A DNA stretch of 62,375 bases, filler included, from Aduncisulcus paluster (taxonomy: Eukaryota), in NCBI GenBank assembly GCA_024181965.1. It is 5 parts of 5 records of this genome, joined end to end, with 100 filler letters (N's around TTAATTAATTAA, not from the genome) between each part and the next. Parts side by side here need not be neighbours in the genome. Positions count along the whole stretch, not along the records: positions 57,493 to 62,375 come from BQXS01009991.1; 4 more parts are not named here. The stretch is one strand, 5' to 3'. The position numbers were made by a program, and so were the translations under genes. A model generated the notes under the pieces. That model saw only the letters and a program-made list of their open reading frames with translations, had not been told where the DNA came from and made no database searches. Every line of letters begins with the position of its first letter. Position 1 is the first letter of the stretch. This document shows, one piece after another, positions 58,226-62,375 of the stretch.

Positions 58226-59560
58226 TTATTCTTTGATTCGAACATATCTAGCTGCATTTAGTTTTTGGCGAGCTTCAACAAATTTGTCACTAATTCTGAC
58301 ATATTTAAGCAAACCATCCCAATTTCTAACACTTAATCCACCTTTCTGAGCAATGGCCTTTTGTACTCTTCCGGCAAAGTGCTCAGCTTTTTCCCCAGGC
58401 TTGATTTTCATTGGTTTCAAGAACCATATATCGCATACCAAGCACCAAGAAGTGAGCATCCTTAGAATGTACCTTGCAAACGATTCTTTCCTTGAATTCC
58501 AATATCCAGAGAAGAACAAAGAATCGTATTTAATAGCAATAGGCACAACAGATACACTATCACCGAGTGAGAACGCTCCTTTCTTGAACATACATACAAA
58601 TCTATTATTTGTGCATGTTCCTTCCGGGAATAACAACAGAGCCTCTGCTTCATGTGGATCCATGGCCACGTGGTCTTTCATTCGTTGATACACAGTAACC
58701 TTATCTTGCTTTGTGAAACGGTCAAACCATAGCGGTTTTAACGGGGCCATGAAGACTCGCTGAAACCATCCAACCCACCCTGTGTGTTGTTGTCCTACAA
58801 CACTAAAGGGGGTATATGTCGAAAGAATAACCCAATCAAGCAGACTAGAGTGATTGGATACAAATACTTGATTACTCTGGCGTTTTGGAAGCACACCATG
58901 GAAGCGAATAACTCCACTAAAACACATTACGGCATAATTCATCGCTGCTTTCACTATTCTAGCTCGATAATATCTTACTTTTCCTTCCATTTTATGCAAA
59001 GGATGTGAAAGCACCAGAATGATCGCAAAAATTATCATTCCAGAAACGAACATTGTCAACCGAAGGGGAAATAGAACACAATACCGGAATAAGACACCAA
59101 TAAAGCGAGTTAATGACAGGTATATATTCCAGTTCCACTTTATAGTTTTAATATCTTCAAATAATTCACTGAATGAGTCATTAACGATTGCAGAAGCACA
59201 ATCAGAGGCCAATTCGCAAGCATCCAGAAGAGAAAATCTCTCTGCCGGAGTGGCTTGCGGACGAAGAAAAATACTAAATTCATCCTCTGTTGAAACACTT
59301 GTTTGTGCAAGAGAGGTTAAGGAACCATCAGTCTCTTTTACAGACTCAACAAATGATGAAACAGAAGCACGACGCCTTTCACGAGCAGTCGCAGCAGTAA
59401 TGACACCTCTAGCAGCCGAGGCAGAAATGTCATCAAGGAATTTGGCAGTAGGTTTCAAAGAATCCATAGATCCGACACCAGACCCACCAATACCAAAAAT
59501 AGGAAAACTAGAAACATCTTGTGTTGATTGATATTGTGCAATTTTGTCAGAAACAGACAT
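58226..59560 (-). CDS. Glycerol-3-phosphate acyltransferase (GPAT3/4, plant GPAT9-like)
   Basis: WNWNIYL, NHSSLLD (HX4D), FPEGTCTNN, FKKGAF and WDGLLKY motifs. Confidence 0.92.
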   Translation of the reverse strand: MSVSDKIAQYQSTQDVSSFPIFGIGGSGVGSMDSLKPTAKFLDDISASAARGVITAATARERRRASVSSFVESVKETDGSLTSLAQTSVSTEDEFSIFLRPQATPAERFSLLDACELASDCASAIVNDSFSELFEDIKTIKWNWNIYLSLTRFIGVLFRYCVLFPLRLTMFVSGMIIFAIILVLSHPLHKMEGKVRYYRARIVKAAMNYAVMCFSGVIRFHGVLPKRQSNQVFVSNHSSLLDWVILSTYTPFSVVGQQHTGWVGWFQRVFMAPLKPLWFDRFTKQDKVTVYQRMKDHVAMDPHEAEALLLFPEGTCTNNRFVCMFKKGAFSLGDSVSVVPIAIKYDSLFFSGYWNSRKESFARYILRMLTSWCLVCDIWFLKPMKIKPGEKAEHFAGRVQKAIAQKGGLSVRNWDGLLKYVRISDKFVEARQKLNAARYVRIKE

Positions 59561-60112
59561 ATATAAACAAATCAATTGTGATCCGAAGACAAAATGGAAT
59601 ATTTGAATTCTACACTTTTCAGTTCAGTCAAGCCATGATGTAGAAAAATATTTCTCATAAAAAAGATATTTTAAATAATTATCTGCCTTTGAAATTGCCA
59701 TACAAGTCTTTATAACTCAATACGAGACTTGGCTGGGTTCTTGCTTGAATTTAAGACTATCTATCCCCTATCTTCAAATTTTGTTTCAATAATTTACATA
59801 ATATTTTTTGAAAATGATATGAATATTTTCATATATCAATGACAACGTACATTGCGGGAATAGCCATTTATTGTTGGAAATTTGATCTTATAAATATGGT
59901 TAATTGAATATTCTTTGCATTTTTTATAAAATTATTGTTAATATTATTCGTGAATCATTCAATATGGTCTCTCGACGCTGGTTTTTGGTTTTTGATGTTT
60001 TGTCGAAATCATTTAGTTTTTTTCGAGAAATTTTAATAATTTTCATTGGTCTTTTGATTTTGATCTCTTTTCCGATCCTTTTATCTCAGAAATAACTATT
60101 TTTTTTATTTAT

Positions 60113-60958
60113 ATGGAAAATCCCCACGATTTTGTTTTACGGACTCAATTGTCCAGCAGTTATATTTCTGGTGATCCACTTGAATTCCCTGCACTTCCAA
60201 CCTCTATGACCCAACCTTCATTTCCCGCGTCTGATCTCTGTCTTGAAAGTCAGAAAGAAGACACTTCTGAAAAAATAATTATATCTTCTGCCACGTCTAA
60301 AGCCTCAGATCCTCAAGATAAACCTTCTGATGAGGTTGACCCTCCTACTCTCGTTTATTATGAGTCTCATGGAGAAGCAGATTGTATTCGGATTGCTTTC
60401 TCCTTATGTGGAATATCATGGCGTGAAAAGAAGGTGACTAGTTCTAATGAACGAGAATGTCGTTTATCTTCGCCCTTTTGTGAGTTACCGTGTCTTCATA
60501 TTGATGGACTAACCCTTAGTGGTGGAACTGCATCTCTCAGATATATTTGCTCTCGAAATGGTCTTTGTGGCCCAAACCTTGAAACCCAAACCCTTCTTGA
60601 AATCGTTGTTGGTGTATGTACTGAGCTTGTGTGGACAATGTGGAATGCTATGAATGATCTTGATGCTGAAGAAGAGGAAGAATCGCGCCGTGAACATCGA
60701 AAACAACTATTATACAAAAAGTTCATCAAGGGTCGGCTTCTATTTCTAAATAGAGAGTTTGTAAAATGCCATCCTGGACCATTTTTACTTGGTTCTCGCC
60801 CTTCATTTGGTGATATTCATGCCTTTTCAAGTCTTGATGCAATCGTTAGGTGTTTTCCGAATTCTCTTGTTCCTTTTCCTGGACTTTCATCGTTTTATGA
60901 GGAATTCAATGCCCTTCCAGAAATATCTCTCCTTAATCAGAGTGGAAAGCGGTTTTGA
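60113..60958 (+). CDS. Glutathione S-transferase (sigma/pi-like)
   Basis: LVYYESHGEADCIRIAF, PFCELPCLHIDG, LRYI and FLLGSRPSFGD motifs. Confidence 0.85.
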   Translation: MENPHDFVLRTQLSSSYISGDPLEFPALPTSMTQPSFPASDLCLESQKEDTSEKIIISSATSKASDPQDKPSDEVDPPTLVYYESHGEADCIRIAFSLCGISWREKKVTSSNERECRLSSPFCELPCLHIDGLTLSGGTASLRYICSRNGLCGPNLETQTLLEIVVGVCTELVWTMWNAMNDLDAEEEEESRREHRKQLLYKKFIKGRLLFLNREFVKCHPGPFLLGSRPSFGDIHAFSSLDAIVRCFPNSLVPFPGLSSFYEEFNALPEISLLNQSGKRF

Positions 60959-61281
60959 AATTTAGAAAATCAAATCATCGTACATTCATAGAATTAAACA
61001 TTAAATTAAATTAGATTATTCGATGGATCAAAATCAAAATCTTTTTCTTCACACTTCTGTATCTCAAACCAGAAGTCTCTGGGAATTCAATTCAATTGAA
61101 AGTTTCAGGAATAAGTTTTTCCCAGTGGGAATAGAGTAGGGAGTCCCTAATAAAGATAGTATTCTTAGAATACGTGTTTTTCTTCAATTGATTTGTTTTT
61201 CCACAATTGTCCTACTCTGACTGTTTCGTCCATTTTCTCCGAACAAGTTGTTTTGTTTGTTTTGTTTGATGGCCAGACAAG

Positions 61282-62172
61282 ATGCACCAAGCTCACAAAA
61301 TTCCATGGGATAACTTTATTACGTTATTAAGACTGGAAAGAGCTCAAAGGGATGATGAAAAAATTCGACCTGTGGGACATGCATACCAATGTTTGAAAAA
61401 GACGTTGTATGACTTTGCAATGACTGAATTAAAGAAATATCCAGTTGTTCGTCCCTTGAAATTAACTGATAAATTGGTAGATGAGTCTCTTGATGACCTT
61501 ACCGAGGATGAACGATATGAATTTCGTACCATTGCTGATTTTACGGTTAAACAGGCCCTTGAAGCATTTCCAGATGATAGAGTAACATTTGCACAATTTG
61601 TAAAAGCCCATTTATGTCATGGAAATATCTTATTTTTATTGAGGATGGTCAAGACAGGGTTTAGATTAGAGAAATGTTATGTCTGTGGATATTCTAATTT
61701 TTTCAATGGCGGAAGTGCAAATTGTTTTCTTGATTTTATGAATTATTATATTTTCTTTAATATTGCCTATAAACTTGGTGATGTGGCGACATTACCTGTT
61801 CATTTCCCCGAAGTTTCTCAACAAACTTATAAGTGGAGGCAAGGGGAAACAGTTGTCACTCATGATTATACTATTCAGAAAGAATCCGAGTATTATTTGT
61901 CCTTTGCGAAGAAAATGAGAGACTCAATTGCTGCTGGTGATTCCACTCTTTCCAGTGGTGAGTTCCTCACGTGGGATGATGTTAAAGAACACTGTAAATA
62001 TCTTTTTGCCACCATTTATAAGTTTATTGCCGTTGATATCTTCTCCGCGAAAGAGTATCCAACAATTCCTAAAAAGAAGGGTGAGCGAGGTTTAGAGACA
62101 TCTTTTCCAGCGACAGCTTATGTTAAAGGATATTTTGATGTGGCTGCAAAAGAATTTGCTGAATATTGGTGA
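61282..62172 (+). CDS. Hypothetical protein
   Basis: 296-aa ORF with host-like composition; no family recognised. Confidence 0.65.
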   Translation: MHQAHKIPWDNFITLLRLERAQRDDEKIRPVGHAYQCLKKTLYDFAMTELKKYPVVRPLKLTDKLVDESLDDLTEDERYEFRTIADFTVKQALEAFPDDRVTFAQFVKAHLCHGNILFLLRMVKTGFRLEKCYVCGYSNFFNGGSANCFLDFMNYYIFFNIAYKLGDVATLPVHFPEVSQQTYKWRQGETVVTHDYTIQKESEYYLSFAKKMRDSIAAGDSTLSSGEFLTWDDVKEHCKYLFATIYKFIAVDIFSAKEYPTIPKKKGERGLETSFPATAYVKGYFDVAAKEFAEYW

Positions 62173-62375
62173 GGGTTTGAGGTTATTGATTGGTTTCAAT
62201 GGGTATTTTTGTTATGAAATTATTGTTGAATTGAATTGATCACATTAGGTTTTAATACCTTCATGTTGTTTCGTAACTTGACGATACTATCAATTTCTAT
62301 TCTCCTTCCTCTATCCATGTGTCTTAAAATAGATGTTCTAAAAATAGAGTGGTGTAAATTATCAAATGAATTTCC

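Noticed and set aside
1-62375. Alternative genetic code (TAA/TAG = Gln)
   Set aside because: Conserved host genes are long open frames under the standard code and terminate at TAA/TAG; internal stops are concentrated in decayed elements.

Overview
AT-rich, intron-poor protist (eukaryotic) DNA. Gene style and the kinase families suggest a free-living fornicate such as Aduncisulcus; this is inference and was not verified. The window is not contiguous: four 100-nt N/TTAATTAATTAA linkers join five pieces. The first ~25 kb is a transposon graveyard with gag, RT and integrase remnants, RLE non-LTR fragments, a complete non-autonomous hAT element, an ISL2EU/Harbinger fragment, mini-LTRs and a covarying structured-RNA motif present twice. 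Its most notable part is a co-oriented minus-strand ~8.5 kb cluster (~780-9300). It contains a CMC/EnSpm-Plavaka-type transposase, a CW-type zinc finger gene with a spliceosomal intron, a CENP-B-type HTH, a degraded Fanzor1 (eukaryotic TnpB) and a tyrosine recombinase fused to SET-domain sequence. The rest (26-62 kb) is ordinary host genes: an ABCC transporter, a RanBD/FG nucleoporin, an arrestin-like protein, LRR-type proteins, a subtilisin/kexin protease, two kinases, a GPAT acyltransferase, a GST and a DUF4241-like protein. All calls come from manual motif reading; no searches were run.
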